Source of the DNA: Promethearchaeota archaeon
GTDB lineage: Archaea > Asgardarchaeota > Thorarchaeia > Thorarchaeales > Thorarchaeaceae
DNA length: 64,000 bases
Assembly: GCA_014728035.1 (NCBI GenBank)
Contig: WJMJ01000022.1
Location: 32,001 to 96,000, forward strand
Direction: 5' to 3'
Positions within the stretch are counted from its first letter, which is position 1. The number at the start of each line of letters is the position of its first letter. The position numbers were made by a program, and so were the translations under genes. Positions 1-9,686 of this stretch are shown in pieces. The notes beneath the pieces were generated by a model. The model searched no databases, was not told the DNA's origin, and worked only from the letters and a program-made list of their open reading frames with translations.

Positions 1-393
1 CGAGTCTGGTGTGACCCAGATTTCATCGATGAGATTTCACTTGCTATTACAAAAGATGACATTCGTCGTCTTATTGATGAAGGTGCAATTCAGGCAAAGC
101 AAAAGCAAGGGGTAAGCCGTGGACGAGCTCGTCATGTCCTTAAGCAGAAGCGAAAAGGACAGCGAAGTGGTCCTGGTACCAAGAAGGGAAAGGCTACATC
201 CACCCTTAGCGGCAAAGACCGTTGGATTCGGAAAATACGCCCCATGCGAAAAGAGCTCAAGAAACTCAGAAGTGAAGGAATAATCACTCCTAAAGTCTAC
301 AGAATGCTCTATTTGAAAGCGAAAGGTAACGCATTCAGAAATACTGCCCACCTCCGAACCTACATCAAGGAACAAAAATTGGAGGCTAAATGA
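1..393 (+). CDS. rpl19e: 50S ribosomal protein eL19 (5'-truncated by window edge)
   Basis: Frame 1 reads RVWCDP..AITKDDIRRLIDEG..SRGRAR..GPGTKKGK..WIRKIR..YLKAKGNAF, stop TGA at 391-393; sits upstream of rpl18. Confidence 0.95.
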   Translation, partial: RVWCDPDFIDEISLAITKDDIRRLIDEGAIQAKQKQGVSRGRARHVLKQKRKGQRSGPGTKKGKATSTLSGKDRWIRKIRPMRKELKKLRSEGIITPKVYRMLYLKAKGNAFRNTAHLRTYIKEQKLEAK

Positions 394-394
394 T

Positions 395-1135
395 ATGGCA
401 CATGGTCCAACGTATAGAGTTAAGTTCAGAAGACGCCGAGAAGGCAGAACAAATTATTATCGCCGAAGACGATTGCTTGTTTCAAGACGTCCTCGACTGG
501 TGGTCAGAAAGACCAATCGTCGGGTTATTGTTCAAGTAGTGAATGCTAAAATTGTAGGTGATTTTATTGACAGTTCAGCTAGCTCCTTTGAATTACCAGC
601 TTATGGCTGGAAAGGAGGAACTTGTAACCTACCAGCTGCCTATCTTACTGGACTACTGGCAGGTTTACGAGCTAAAGCCAATGGAATTGATAATGCTATC
701 CTTGATATCGGATTACATCCACCAGTTAGGGGTTCCAAAATTTATGCTGCATTGAAAGGTGCAGTTGATGCAGGACTAACTATTCCACACGGTGAGGAAG
801 TTTTCCCAGATCAAGAACGGCTTACAGGTCAACATATTGTTGAGTCCTTCAAACATCTTTCGGATGAGAAAGACTCTCACATGTTTTCAAAGATTGGCTC
901 TAAAAAGACGAACATCACAAGCATTCCAAAGCAGTTTGAATCTGTAAAAGCAGAACTTGAAGGTCTGACAAAGACCCAACTCAAGAAGCCTAAGAAAGTC
1001 AAAATAACCGTGCCAAAGAAAACCAAGAAAGAACGCGAAAAACTTGAGGAAAAACCACCTCGGGCAAAACCCCGAAAGCCCAAGCCTAAGAAACTCATTG
1101 CTAAGGGTAGAGGTAAGGGTAAGAAGCGTAAATAG
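395..1135 (+). CDS. rpl18: 50S ribosomal protein uL18 with Lys/Pro-rich C-terminal extension
   Basis: MAHGPTYRVKFRRRREGRTNYYRR; NLPAAYLTG; LKGAVDAGL. Confidence 0.97.
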   Translation: MAHGPTYRVKFRRRREGRTNYYRRRRLLVSRRPRLVVRKTNRRVIVQVVNAKIVGDFIDSSASSFELPAYGWKGGTCNLPAAYLTGLLAGLRAKANGIDNAILDIGLHPPVRGSKIYAALKGAVDAGLTIPHGEEVFPDQERLTGQHIVESFKHLSDEKDSHMFSKIGSKKTNITSIPKQFESVKAELEGLTKTQLKKPKKVKITVPKKTKKEREKLEEKPPRAKPRKPKPKKLIAKGRGKGKKRK

Positions 1136-1150
1136 GGGATGAATTAGTAA

Positions 1151-1825
1151 ATGAGTAGAAGAAGAAAACGTCGCAGGTCACGACAAGAAAGAAACCCTCT
1201 CGATGATTGGACTCCAAAGACCCATCTTGGAAGGATGGTAAAAGAAGGCCATATCAGTAGCCTTGAAGCCATTGTTGAAGAGAACTATAGTATTCGTGAG
1301 TCTGAGATTGTTGATGTATTGTTTCCAAATCTTCGTCAGGAGATTGTTGATGTATCCCTTGTCCAAAGACAATCCGATAGTGGGCAGCAGAAAAGCTTCC
1401 GTATCACTGTGGTGGTTGGAAATGGAGAGGGTGTTATTGGTATCGGAATTGGAAAAGCACCAGAGTTTGTTCCTGCAATTCGTTCAGCAGAAACTCGGGC
1501 CAAGCTAAATCTAACCATGTTTCGACGTGGATGTGGCTCTTGGGAATGTCGATGTGGCGAGGAACACAGTCTTCCATTTGAGGTAAAAGGTCATGCGGGG
1601 TCAGTCAATGTGACTCTAAAACCCGCTCCAAAGGGTACAGGTCTTGTTACTGCTGATGTTGGAAAGACTGTCCTCCGAATAGCTGGCATCAAAGATGTTT
1701 GGTCGTTCAGGAAAGGACGATCAAGAACTTCATCCAACTTTGGGAAAGCATTTCTAGATGCTCTAATGCAGACATTCAAGATGCTTCCACCACAGGAATG
1801 GACAATGTCAGGAGTTGTTGAATAA
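1151..1825 (+). CDS. rps5: 30S ribosomal protein uS5
   Basis: WTPKTHLGRMVKEG; RRGCGSWEC; PAPKGTGLV. Confidence 0.97.
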   Translation: MSRRRKRRRSRQERNPLDDWTPKTHLGRMVKEGHISSLEAIVEENYSIRESEIVDVLFPNLRQEIVDVSLVQRQSDSGQQKSFRITVVVGNGEGVIGIGIGKAPEFVPAIRSAETRAKLNLTMFRRGCGSWECRCGEEHSLPFEVKGHAGSVNVTLKPAPKGTGLVTADVGKTVLRIAGIKDVWSFRKGRSRTSSNFGKAFLDALMQTFKMLPPQEWTMSGVVE

Positions 1826-2307
1826 TGGCTGATGATGAAAAAACAGTACTTGCAATACGTGTGCGTGGTCAAGTGCGAGTTCGCCCTCAAATTGACACGA
1901 CCCTCGATAATCTGTTGCTAATCAAACTTCACCATGCAAGATTAATCAAACTGACTCCTAGTATGACTGGTATGATTACAAAAGTCAAGGACTACATCAC
2001 TTGGGGTGAACCAACTGCTGAGCTTGTTGAGCAACTACTTACTAAACGTGGTAGACTTCCTGGCAATCGTCGTCTAACTAATGACTATGTCAAGAAGAAT
2101 TCAGAGTTCAAATCAATCAAGGCTTTTGCAAAAGCTCTTGTTTCAGGTGAAGCGATGATGTCCGATGTCACGGACTTGAAGCCAATATTCAGGTTAACTC
2201 CTCCGAGTAAGGGCTACCGTGGTAAGACAAAACTGTCCATTGGAATGGGTGGTGAAACAGGATACAGAGGCGAGGGTATAAACGACCTCGCGATAAGAAT
2301 GATTTGA
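1825..2307 (+). CDS. rpl30: 50S ribosomal protein uL30
   Basis: AIRVRG; KVKDYITWGE; FRLTPP..G; GYRGEGINDL. Confidence 0.96.
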   Translation: MADDEKTVLAIRVRGQVRVRPQIDTTLDNLLLIKLHHARLIKLTPSMTGMITKVKDYITWGEPTAELVEQLLTKRGRLPGNRRLTNDYVKKNSEFKSIKAFAKALVSGEAMMSDVTDLKPIFRLTPPSKGYRGKTKLSIGMGGETGYRGEGINDLAIRMI

Positions 2308-2316
2308 GGTATTTTC

Positions 2317-2853
2317 ATGTCTTGGGACGATAGTGCTGACGAACGTAGGGAAAAAATCCGCCGCTGGTTCGGCGATTTTCTACCTGAAGAAATGCTGAGA
2401 AATATAGAGGCAATGTTAGACCAGATGCTTGCTGGTATTGGTGATGGAACCATGTTCGATCCATCAATGATGGAAGACTTGATGAGAAATCCATCCTCAA
2501 CAAATCCTTTTGTTTTCGGTGTGAAGATGCAGATGGGTCCCGACGGAAAACCAATCATTCAGCGTTTCGGGAATGTACCTGGAGATGAAGAAGAGATTCC
2601 TGCAGGTCCCGCTCTTGAACCACTTGTGGACGTTATAGAGGAATCAGACGAGATTGTTGTTGTTGCTGAGCTTCCCGGTGTCGAACGTGACGAAATTAAA
2701 GTTCGAATAAAGGGACAAAAGCTCACAATACATGTAGACAATCCAACTAGACCATACCATAAGGAAATCAAATTGCCGTCACAAGTCCAGAAGAATGCGG
2801 CTCGGTCGGCAATACGAAATGGAATACTTGAAGTCCGACTCAAAAAGGCATAG
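2317..2853 (+). CDS. hsp20: Archaeal small heat-shock protein Hsp20
   Basis: GPDGKPIIQRFGN plus alpha-crystallin domain (EPLVDV..VVAELPGV..NGILEVRL); SD GAGGT upstream. Confidence 0.92.
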   Translation: MSWDDSADERREKIRRWFGDFLPEEMLRNIEAMLDQMLAGIGDGTMFDPSMMEDLMRNPSSTNPFVFGVKMQMGPDGKPIIQRFGNVPGDEEEIPAGPALEPLVDVIEESDEIVVVAELPGVERDEIKVRIKGQKLTIHVDNPTRPYHKEIKLPSQVQKNAARSAIRNGILEVRLKKA

Positions 2854-2867
2854 AGAAGGAGAGATAT

Positions 2868-3320
2868 TTGATGAGAAAAAGAAAATCGAAGAAGATTAAC
2901 AAAATGCGAGGCAGACGTGCCGCTGGATATGGCTTCAGTGCTGGCCACAGAGCCTCTGGACAGAGGGGTGGAAAAGGTATGGCCGGATCCAAAAAGCATC
3001 ACTACATCAAAGTTATGCAAGAGAATCCTCGATACTTTGGAAAACACGGATTCAAACGACCCCAGCAATTGGTTGAAGAGACACAAATCATAAACGTTAG
3101 TGACCTCGATGAGACCGTTGACCAGCTTGTTGAGAAAGGTCTTGCAGAAAAGAAGGGTAAGACCTATACAATTGACATGACCCGTCTTGATGTTGACAAA
3201 GTGTTAGGTAGTGGCCAAATATCAAAGAAGATCAAACTAGTTGGCGTTAAAGCAATCAGCAGTGGTGCTGAGAAGAAAATCGCCGCAGCTGGCGGATCTG
3301 TCGAAATGTTAGAAGCATAG
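2868..3320 (+). CDS. rpl15: 50S ribosomal protein uL15
   Basis: RGGKGMAG..KHH; YFGKHGF; KVLGSG; AEKKIAAAGG. Confidence 0.96.
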   Translation: MMRKRKSKKINKMRGRRAAGYGFSAGHRASGQRGGKGMAGSKKHHYIKVMQENPRYFGKHGFKRPQQLVEETQIINVSDLDETVDQLVEKGLAEKKGKTYTIDMTRLDVDKVLGSGQISKKIKLVGVKAISSGAEKKIAAAGGSVEMLEA

Positions 3321-3336
3321 AATTAATTTTGAATGA

Positions 3337-3375
3337 ACTGGGTGCATCTCCGCACTCGGTCTTTTCCTTTTGTTT
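3337..3375 (+). terminator. Hairpin plus U-rich tract after rpl15
   Basis: ACTGGGTGC-6nt-GCACTCGGT followed by CTTTTCCTTTTGTTT. Confidence 0.6.
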
Positions 3376-3514
3376 GACACTAGTATTGTTTTGGCTCACG
3401 CCAATTTGCAAATGTTTTCTAGTGAATTTCTGGCTAGATGAATCTTAGTAAAACCACTATCTTTAAAGGTACAGCTTAACTCGTCGCCAAAAATACCTGC
3501 AGGAGACATATGAG

Positions 3515-5020
3515 ATGACTTCAACATTCTTGAGAGCACTCTCACCAATGGTCCGTATTATGCCGGAAGTAAAAACCCCTGATAGAGAGGTTTCATTCCG
3601 TGAAAAAGCTATATGGACTCTAATTGTGTTAATTCTATTCTTGCTTATGTCGCATATCCCCCTCTACGGTGTTGATCGACAGGCAGGAACTGACTATCTT
3701 TGGGCTATGCGAGTTATTCTTGCTAGTACCCGTGGTACATTGATGGAGCTAGGAATTGGACCTATAGTCACTGCAGGACTTGTAATGCAGCTCCTCCAAG
3801 GTTCCAAAATAATTGATGTTGACTTTGGTAATCCTGAAGACAGAGCACTATTCACTGGTGGTCAAAAAGTTTTAGCAATGATTATGACTGCACTTCAGGC
3901 TATTGCTTATATTGTTGGTAATGCATACGGTGTATTATCGATTGAGAATCAAGTTCTAGTGTTTGTGCAATTATTCATCTCTGGTATCATTGTTATTCTG
4001 ATGGATGAGCTTATCCAAAAAGGCTGGGGATTGGGATCTGGTGTTTCATTGTTTATTATGACAAATGTAGCAGGCCAGGTCGTATACAACTCGCTCAACA
4101 TTATCGAACTTGAATCTGCAGCACCTGCTGGATATCCAGGTTCCGGTGGTACAAATCTTCCAAAAGGTATCATTGCTGCTATGGTGTCCAATCTTCTAAG
4201 AGTATTTGGTATTGGAACTGATGCTGGACCGGTAGTAGATTGGAGCTGGTTCCTGATTCGGGATAGCTTCAATCCAAGTATCCTCTCCCTAATAATCACT
4301 CTTGGAATATTCTTTGGTGTACTCTATATGGAAGGAGTTAGAGTCGAGATACCTCTTCAATATGCCAAATATCGTGGTATGAAAGCTCGATACCCAATCA
4401 AGCTTCTTTATACTTCAAATATCCCCGTTATTTTAGCTCAGGCACTCTTTGCTAATATTCTGTTCTTTGGACAGATTGTGTTCACCTCGTGGAATTCCGG
4501 TGCAGATAATCCTTTTCTGAACTGGATTGGAATATTCGAACAAGACGAAAACTCGAGTCGTATGATTGCGACATCGGGTCTGGCACGGTATGTGACGCCG
4601 CCTCAGGGGATATTCAATGTGTTATCTCAGCCTGATGGTCTATTGCATATTGCAATATACGCATCTCTGATGATTTTGCTATGTTGGGGATTCAGTAAGA
4701 TTTGGGTCGACATTTCTGGTATTGCTCCTAGAGATGTTTCTCGTCAGCTCCTGAGTTCAGGATACATTGTTCCTGGTTTCAGAAGAAGTGAGAAGGTTCT
4801 TGAGCGATTGCTTGAACGATATATCCCCATCGTTGCAGGCCTTGGTGGATTCCTAGTCGGTGTATTAGCAGCTGTGGCCGATGTCATGGGTGCTCTAGCA
4901 AGCGGCACTGGAATTCTGCTGATGGTGTCGATCATCAAACAGTACTATGAACAACTTGCCAAGGAGCAGTTAGCCGGAATGGGTGGCGAAGGCGTTTCGG
5001 GACTACTTGGAATACTCTAG
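3515..5020 (+). CDS. secY: Preprotein translocase SecY/Sec61 alpha
   Basis: GTLMELGIGPIVTAGL; KGWGLGSGVSLFI; YPIKLLYTSNIPVIL; GTGILL. Confidence 0.98.
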   Translation: MTSTFLRALSPMVRIMPEVKTPDREVSFREKAIWTLIVLILFLLMSHIPLYGVDRQAGTDYLWAMRVILASTRGTLMELGIGPIVTAGLVMQLLQGSKIIDVDFGNPEDRALFTGGQKVLAMIMTALQAIAYIVGNAYGVLSIENQVLVFVQLFISGIIVILMDELIQKGWGLGSGVSLFIMTNVAGQVVYNSLNIIELESAAPAGYPGSGGTNLPKGIIAAMVSNLLRVFGIGTDAGPVVDWSWFLIRDSFNPSILSLIITLGIFFGVLYMEGVRVEIPLQYAKYRGMKARYPIKLLYTSNIPVILAQALFANILFFGQIVFTSWNSGADNPFLNWIGIFEQDENSSRMIATSGLARYVTPPQGIFNVLSQPDGLLHIAIYASLMILLCWGFSKIWVDISGIAPRDVSRQLLSSGYIVPGFRRSEKVLERLLERYIPIVAGLGGFLVGVLAAVADVMGALASGTGILLMVSIIKQYYEQLAKEQLAGMGGEGVSGLLGIL

Positions 5021-5029
5021 TGTGTTAAA

Positions 5030-5066
5030 GAGTGGGATTAGATCCCACTCATTCACTTCTTTTTTG
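5030..5066 (+). terminator. Hairpin plus U-tract after secY
   Basis: GAGTGGGAT-TAG-ATCCCACTC followed by a T run. Confidence 0.6.
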
Positions 5067-5143
5067 TAAATCTCCCCTTACAGAAGGAATTATAAAATGG
5101 CTAGTTAGTGTCGCATTAGTATAGATAAAAGGTGACACCTTCC

Positions 5144-5734
5144 ATGAAAGAACCAAGGGACATTGTGATAGTTACAGGTATTCCTGGCGTTGGCAAAACC
5201 ACCGTGATTAATACGGCTGTTGAGCTTGTGAAAAAAGAACATGACAAGGACGTACTTGTTTTGAATTTCGGCACAGCTATGTTTGAGACCGCATCAAAGA
5301 AAGGATATGTGAAAGACAGAGACGAGATGCGAAAGATGCAAATTTCAAAGCAGCGCGAAGTTCAACAAGCAGCCGGTGAAGATATTGCTGAAAAAGCAAA
5401 GACCGCCAAAGTAATTGTTGACACTCACGCACTTATTCAGACCGGTACTGGATTTCTCATTGGTCTACCTGAGTGGGTAGCTCGAGCAATTAATCCCAAG
5501 ACCGTCGTATTGGTTGAAGCCGACCCCGAAAAAATTGCTGGAAGGCGAAGTTCTGATGAATCCCGAACTCGCGATGTTCAGTTAACAGAGGAGATTGACA
5601 CACATCAGAAGATGTGCCGTTCTGCTGCTGTTTCAGTGGGTACACTCACTGGAGCTACCGTTAGAATAATCAAGAACCGTGAGGGTAAGGTAGAAGAGGC
5701 AGCTAAGCAACTTGCCGAATCCTTGATGGAGTAG
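5144..5734 (+). CDS. adkA: Archaeal adenylate kinase
   Basis: TGIPGVGKTT P-loop; NFGTAM; RDEMRK; VDTH; GLP; follows secY. ATG 5144 preferred over GTG 5132. Confidence 0.95.
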   Translation: MKEPRDIVIVTGIPGVGKTTVINTAVELVKKEHDKDVLVLNFGTAMFETASKKGYVKDRDEMRKMQISKQREVQQAAGEDIAEKAKTAKVIVDTHALIQTGTGFLIGLPEWVARAINPKTVVLVEADPEKIAGRRSSDESRTRDVQLTEEIDTHQKMCRSAAVSVGTLTGATVRIIKNREGKVEEAAKQLAESLME

Positions 5735-5740
5735 AAAATA

Positions 5741-6292
5741 ATGCAGGACATTCTGGCCGATCTTGCCATCATGTTTGAAATATTTCGAACACCTCCTTGG
5801 TCTGGAGTATTCATATTAGTAGTTTCTGTGACCGTTACTTCAATTAGTAACCTAGCTATGCGTCGTTTTGCTGATATGCGTCGTCTCAAACGTTATCAAG
5901 CTGAGATTAAGCAACATCAAGAGATGCAGAAGAAAGCTGAAAAGACCCAGAATGAGAAACTGCTTAGGAAGGTTCGACGTAGAAAGGCGTACATTGATAG
6001 GATACAGCGGGAAATGATGACTGAAAGATGCAAACCCTCCCTCTTATTCTTCATCCCGTTTGTTTTGATATTCTCTCTAATCCGAGGCTGGTATACTGCT
6101 TCTGATGGTATAACTCAGTTGATTGTTGCAGTTATTCCATTTAATGTCACAAAAGCACTTCCTTTCCTGGAAGGTTTCATTGGTACTAGCACTGCAGCGG
6201 GATTTGGATTATTCTTTTGGTCTTTCTATTTCTTAGTTGGACTCGGACTCGGTCAAATACTTCAACGTGTTATGGGTACACAACTAACATAG
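5741..6292 (+). CDS. DUF106 / EMC3-TMCO1 (Oxa1 superfamily) membrane insertase-like protein
   Basis: TM-coiled coil-TM..TM layout, W-x-x-Y motif in last helix, conserved position after secY-adk. Confidence 0.85.
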   Translation: MQDILADLAIMFEIFRTPPWSGVFILVVSVTVTSISNLAMRRFADMRRLKRYQAEIKQHQEMQKKAEKTQNEKLLRKVRRRKAYIDRIQREMMTERCKPSLLFFIPFVLIFSLIRGWYTASDGITQLIVAVIPFNVTKALPFLEGFIGTSTAAGFGLFFWSFYFLVGLGLGQILQRVMGTQLT

Positions 6293-6301
6293 ACCTAATC
6301 T

Positions 6302-6340
6302 TAGAGTGTTGCTAATCAACACTCTACTCTCTTTCTTTTC
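6302..6340 (+). terminator. Hairpin plus U-rich tract after DUF106 gene
   Basis: TAGAGTGTTG-CTAAT-CAACACTCTA then CTCTCTTTCTTTTC. Confidence 0.6.
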
Positions 6341-6366
6341 TAATCATTAAAGTCATCCAAACTTCT

Positions 6367-7254
6367 TCAATATAAGGTTCTAAGTTTTCGTTCAATTTGG
6401 TACCGTGAAATTAGACTACCTGCACCAAAAGATTCCATACTCGCAGAGCCGCAGACTGCTCCAAAATGACCTGCTGCTGATATATTTCCGCCAGTCCTTA
6501 GAAACTCAAGAAGAAAGCCTATCATGTACATGTGAATATACCCACGATCGTCACGAAACCGTGATGGTATGATATATGGAATGTCCTCTTTTCCGTGATG
6601 TGTATATATCGATGACCCCAACTCATCCTTCATTAATATCACAATAAATGGTCCTTTTCTAAGAACATCATCAATGGCTTCCTGTTCTGTTACTCTCTCA
6701 GTTATTAGAGAGAGTTCAAGCTGATCTAAGACGAGTACATTAATGTAGCCAAGGTAAAAATCAAGGTCTGGACATGATACAATCTGTATCTCATTGTCTT
6801 CCTCTTGATACAGAATTCCCTTGAGGTCCAGAGCTAGAATTGCTTCTGTTGCGGCAGCTTTGGTAAAGCAGGATTTTGAAATTTCACGATAGATTGGGGA
6901 GAAGTAGATAATTGTAGAATCAAGATGATGTGGAAGCAAGAACTCCTTGGTTATCTTTGGCGCCAGACTCTGTAACGATCTGATTTTCTTTCCTTCTTCA
7001 CCCATAGTAGTAACAATAGTTGTGGTTTTGGGGCCCATTTGATACAGTCCAGAAGTATCAACACCGGATTGAGTAAGTCTCCTATAGGCCGGTTCGGGAA
7101 AATCCGATCCAATGCAAGATACTATTGAAGTGCCATTTGCCTCAAGTGTTGGTCCAGATAGTGCATAAATAGGGGCGCCTCCCAAAGTTTCTTTTATCCC
7201 CTGTTTTGTAACGCGAATATCTCTGAAGAGATGACCGACTACCGTTAATTCCAT
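6367..7254 (-). CDS. PfkB/ribokinase-family protein with degenerate catalytic motif
   Basis: MELTVVGH..D; LGGAPIY; SCIGSDF; GVDTSG; start ATG 7254 with SD GGGAGG. The longer track ORF overlaps rpl34e. Confidence 0.85.
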   Translation of the reverse strand: MELTVVGHLFRDIRVTKQGIKETLGGAPIYALSGPTLEANGTSIVSCIGSDFPEPAYRRLTQSGVDTSGLYQMGPKTTTIVTTMGEEGKKIRSLQSLAPKITKEFLLPHHLDSTIIYFSPIYREISKSCFTKAAATEAILALDLKGILYQEEDNEIQIVSCPDLDFYLGYINVLVLDQLELSLITERVTEQEAIDDVLRKGPFIVILMKDELGSSIYTHHGKEDIPYIIPSRFRDDRGYIHMYMIGFLLEFLRTGGNISAAGHFGAVCGSASMESFGAGSLISRYQIERKLRTLY

Positions 7255-7397
7255 TGATTCAAACCTCCCTCTTTTGGTATCTGTAACGTAGAAACTAAAA
7301 TGTGATTGTGATGTATTATTCAGGCACACCGCTTTGCTTTTAAGGACAGAATTTTGTTGCCACAAAGAGTCGATTATTGATAATAAGGTGAATACTA

Positions 7398-7667
7398 ATG
7401 CCACGACCCAGCGAGCTGACAAAATCACGAGCGAAACGCACAATACTAACTCCTGGTGGTAGACATAAGGTTCGCAGGACAAAATTCTATGCTCCAAAAG
7501 GAACTTGTCCTTTGACCGGAAGAAAATTACAGCTCCCACGAGAGGCAAAACACAATTTACGGAAGAAGGCAAGTCTCTCATCCAAGCGTCCCAATAGACC
7601 CTATGGTGGCAAGCTATCTGCTGAGGCTGTCAGAAGGGGAATATTGCGAGCTGCTCGAGAGTTGTAG
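7398..7667 (+). CDS. rpl34e: 50S ribosomal protein eL34
   Basis: MPRPS..TPGG; SSKRPNRPYGGKL. Confidence 0.92.
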   Translation: MPRPSELTKSRAKRTILTPGGRHKVRRTKFYAPKGTCPLTGRKLQLPREAKHNLRKKASLSSKRPNRPYGGKLSAEAVRRGILRAAREL

Positions 7668-7668
7668 A

Positions 7669-8211
7669 ATGAAAAGGGTCATCACCCTTGGAGGTCTACA
7701 CGGAACTGGTAAAAGTTCCGTAGCTGATGGTGTTGCAGAGCTACTTGGACTTCGAAGAGTTTCTGCTGGACAAATTTTCCGTCAACTAGCTGAAGAGCGA
7801 AATATGAGTCTAGAAGAATTCAGTGAATTTGCTGAGGGAAATGAAGAAATCGATAATCTTCTCGATAACACGTTGCGATTTGAATCTAAAAAGGGTAATG
7901 TAATACTAGATGGTCAACTTGCTGCTTGGATGGCCGGTGAAAATGCGGATCTGCACATCTTTTTAACCGCTCCACTTGAAGTTAGAGTTCGCCGTATTGC
8001 TAAACGTGATGGTACGAATTTTAATTATGCACTTGAAGAAACTATAACCCGCGAGAAAAGTGAACAGTTTCGCTATCGGTCATACTATGATATTGATGTG
8101 ACTGATCTCAGTATATATGATCTGATTATTAACACGGAACATTATTCCCTTGATGAGGTAATTTCTATAGTTAAGCTTGCAGTAGAAATTCTATTTGAAA
8201 CGGAAGAATAG
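7669..8211 (+). CDS. cmk: Cytidylate kinase
   Basis: ITLGGLHGTGKS; SAGQIFRQLA; RYRSYYDID..DLSIYDLIINT; start ATG 7669. Confidence 0.93.
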   Translation: MKRVITLGGLHGTGKSSVADGVAELLGLRRVSAGQIFRQLAEERNMSLEEFSEFAEGNEEIDNLLDNTLRFESKKGNVILDGQLAAWMAGENADLHIFLTAPLEVRVRRIAKRDGTNFNYALEETITREKSEQFRYRSYYDIDVTDLSIYDLIINTEHYSLDEVISIVKLAVEILFETEE

Positions 8212-8325
8212 GCAAAACACAAACCTGATATGGTATCTTCTCACACTTCGATTTATCTCACATCTAAGGGATGATGCTATCGAGGTGACTCGGGAGTGGA
8301 CCAATGAAACGTTGAGGTGTATATT

Positions 8326-8613
8326 ATGAATTTATACGATATTGGAAGAGTCTGTGTAAAGACTATGGGTCGTGAAGCCGGTAGCTATTGTGTGATAGTA
8401 GACCTAGTAGAAGATGATGGTGGTTTTGTCATGGTCACAGGTCCAAAACATATCACTAGTGTTCGGCGACGTAAGTGTAACATTCGGCATCTCGAACCAT
8501 TAAAGAAAACAATTGAAATTGGAAAGGATGCCAGCGATGAAGAAGTTCAGAAAGCGTTAGAAGATGCTGATCTTCTTGAACAGTTTAGAACTAAAATTCG
8601 CTTGCCTGAATAA
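8326..8613 (+). CDS. rpl14e: 50S ribosomal protein eL14
   Basis: IGRVCVKTMGREAG; VRRRKCNIRHLEP. Confidence 0.95.
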   Translation: MNLYDIGRVCVKTMGREAGSYCVIVDLVEDDGGFVMVTGPKHITSVRRRKCNIRHLEPLKKTIEIGKDASDEEVQKALEDADLLEQFRTKIRLPE

Positions 8614-8635
8614 AATCTAAGATTTTGGGGGTTGT

Positions 8636-9643
8636 ATGATGTCAAATTCTCTACCAGCTGACCAACCCCGTGAAACCATAACCAGGGCTGTAGATACAAC
8701 AAATCCTGATTATGGTTTCTCATCTTTTGATGATTTACCTATAGAATTCTTGCTAGAAAACTCTGTAATCGCATTGGATAAACCTGCAGGTCCGACAAGT
8801 CACGAGGTAGCTACTTGGGTCAGACGAATCTTTGACTCTGAGCGGGTTGGACACGGAGGTACACTTGATCCAGGAGTTACTGGAATTTTACCCCTTGGCA
8901 TGAATAATGCAACAAAGGCAATGCAGGCATTACTTCCAGCTGGAAAAGAATACGTATGTATAATGGAGCTTCATCGTAAAGCATTAGAAGAGGATATCCG
9001 TGAAATCGTTAAGGAATTTACTGGAAAGTTATACCAGAAACCTCCCTTACGATCTGCGGTTCGTAGAATCTTACGAGTACGTGAAGTCTATTATAACGAC
9101 ATAGTCGAAATCAAAGGGCGTTTGGTTCTTTTCAGAGTTGGCTGTCAGGCAGGAACCTATATTCGAAAGTTGTGTTTTGATATTGGCGAAGCTTTGGGAG
9201 TTGGAGCTCATATGCGTGAGCTCAGACGAACCCGTGTTGGAAATTTCAGAGAAGACGAGCATATGTGTTCTCTTTACGATTTGAAGGATGCTTATCATTT
9301 CTGGCTTGAAGACGAAGATGATCAAGAGCTGAGAAAATATTTGATGCCTATGGAGTTTGCAATTGGACACCTTCCAGAAATTGTGGTTCGTGATACGGCT
9401 GTTGCAGCTATCTGTCATGGTGCACCTCTTGCTGCAAATGGAGTGCTGCATCTGAGTTCTGGTATCAAGAAAGATGATCTAGTAGCATTAAAAACACTCA
9501 AAGGTGAAGCGATAGCTATTGGTATCAGTAAAAACATATCCGACAGAATAGCAAAAGCCAACTCTGGGATTGTTGCCGATATACAGAGGGTTCTGATGGA
9601 ACGAGACCGTTATCCTCAGCTTTGGAAATCACGTTCGGATTAG
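8636..9643 (+). CDS. cbf5: H/ACA RNA-guided pseudouridine synthase Cbf5
   Basis: DKPAGPTSHEV; GHGGTLDP; GTYIRKLC; MRELRRTR; C-terminal PUA domain. Confidence 0.97.
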   Translation: MMSNSLPADQPRETITRAVDTTNPDYGFSSFDDLPIEFLLENSVIALDKPAGPTSHEVATWVRRIFDSERVGHGGTLDPGVTGILPLGMNNATKAMQALLPAGKEYVCIMELHRKALEEDIREIVKEFTGKLYQKPPLRSAVRRILRVREVYYNDIVEIKGRLVLFRVGCQAGTYIRKLCFDIGEALGVGAHMRELRRTRVGNFREDEHMCSLYDLKDAYHFWLEDEDDQELRKYLMPMEFAIGHLPEIVVRDTAVAAICHGAPLAANGVLHLSSGIKKDDLVALKTLKGEAIAIGISKNISDRIAKANSGIVADIQRVLMERDRYPQLWKSRSD

Positions 9644-9686
9644 ATTGTCTTTGCAGAAATTCTTTATGTGTTTGATTCAAAAATAC

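Noticed and set aside
7255-7581. N-terminal 109 aa of the track's 404-aa minus ORF
   Set aside because: Antisense to rpl34e; the PfkB homology and SD start at 7254
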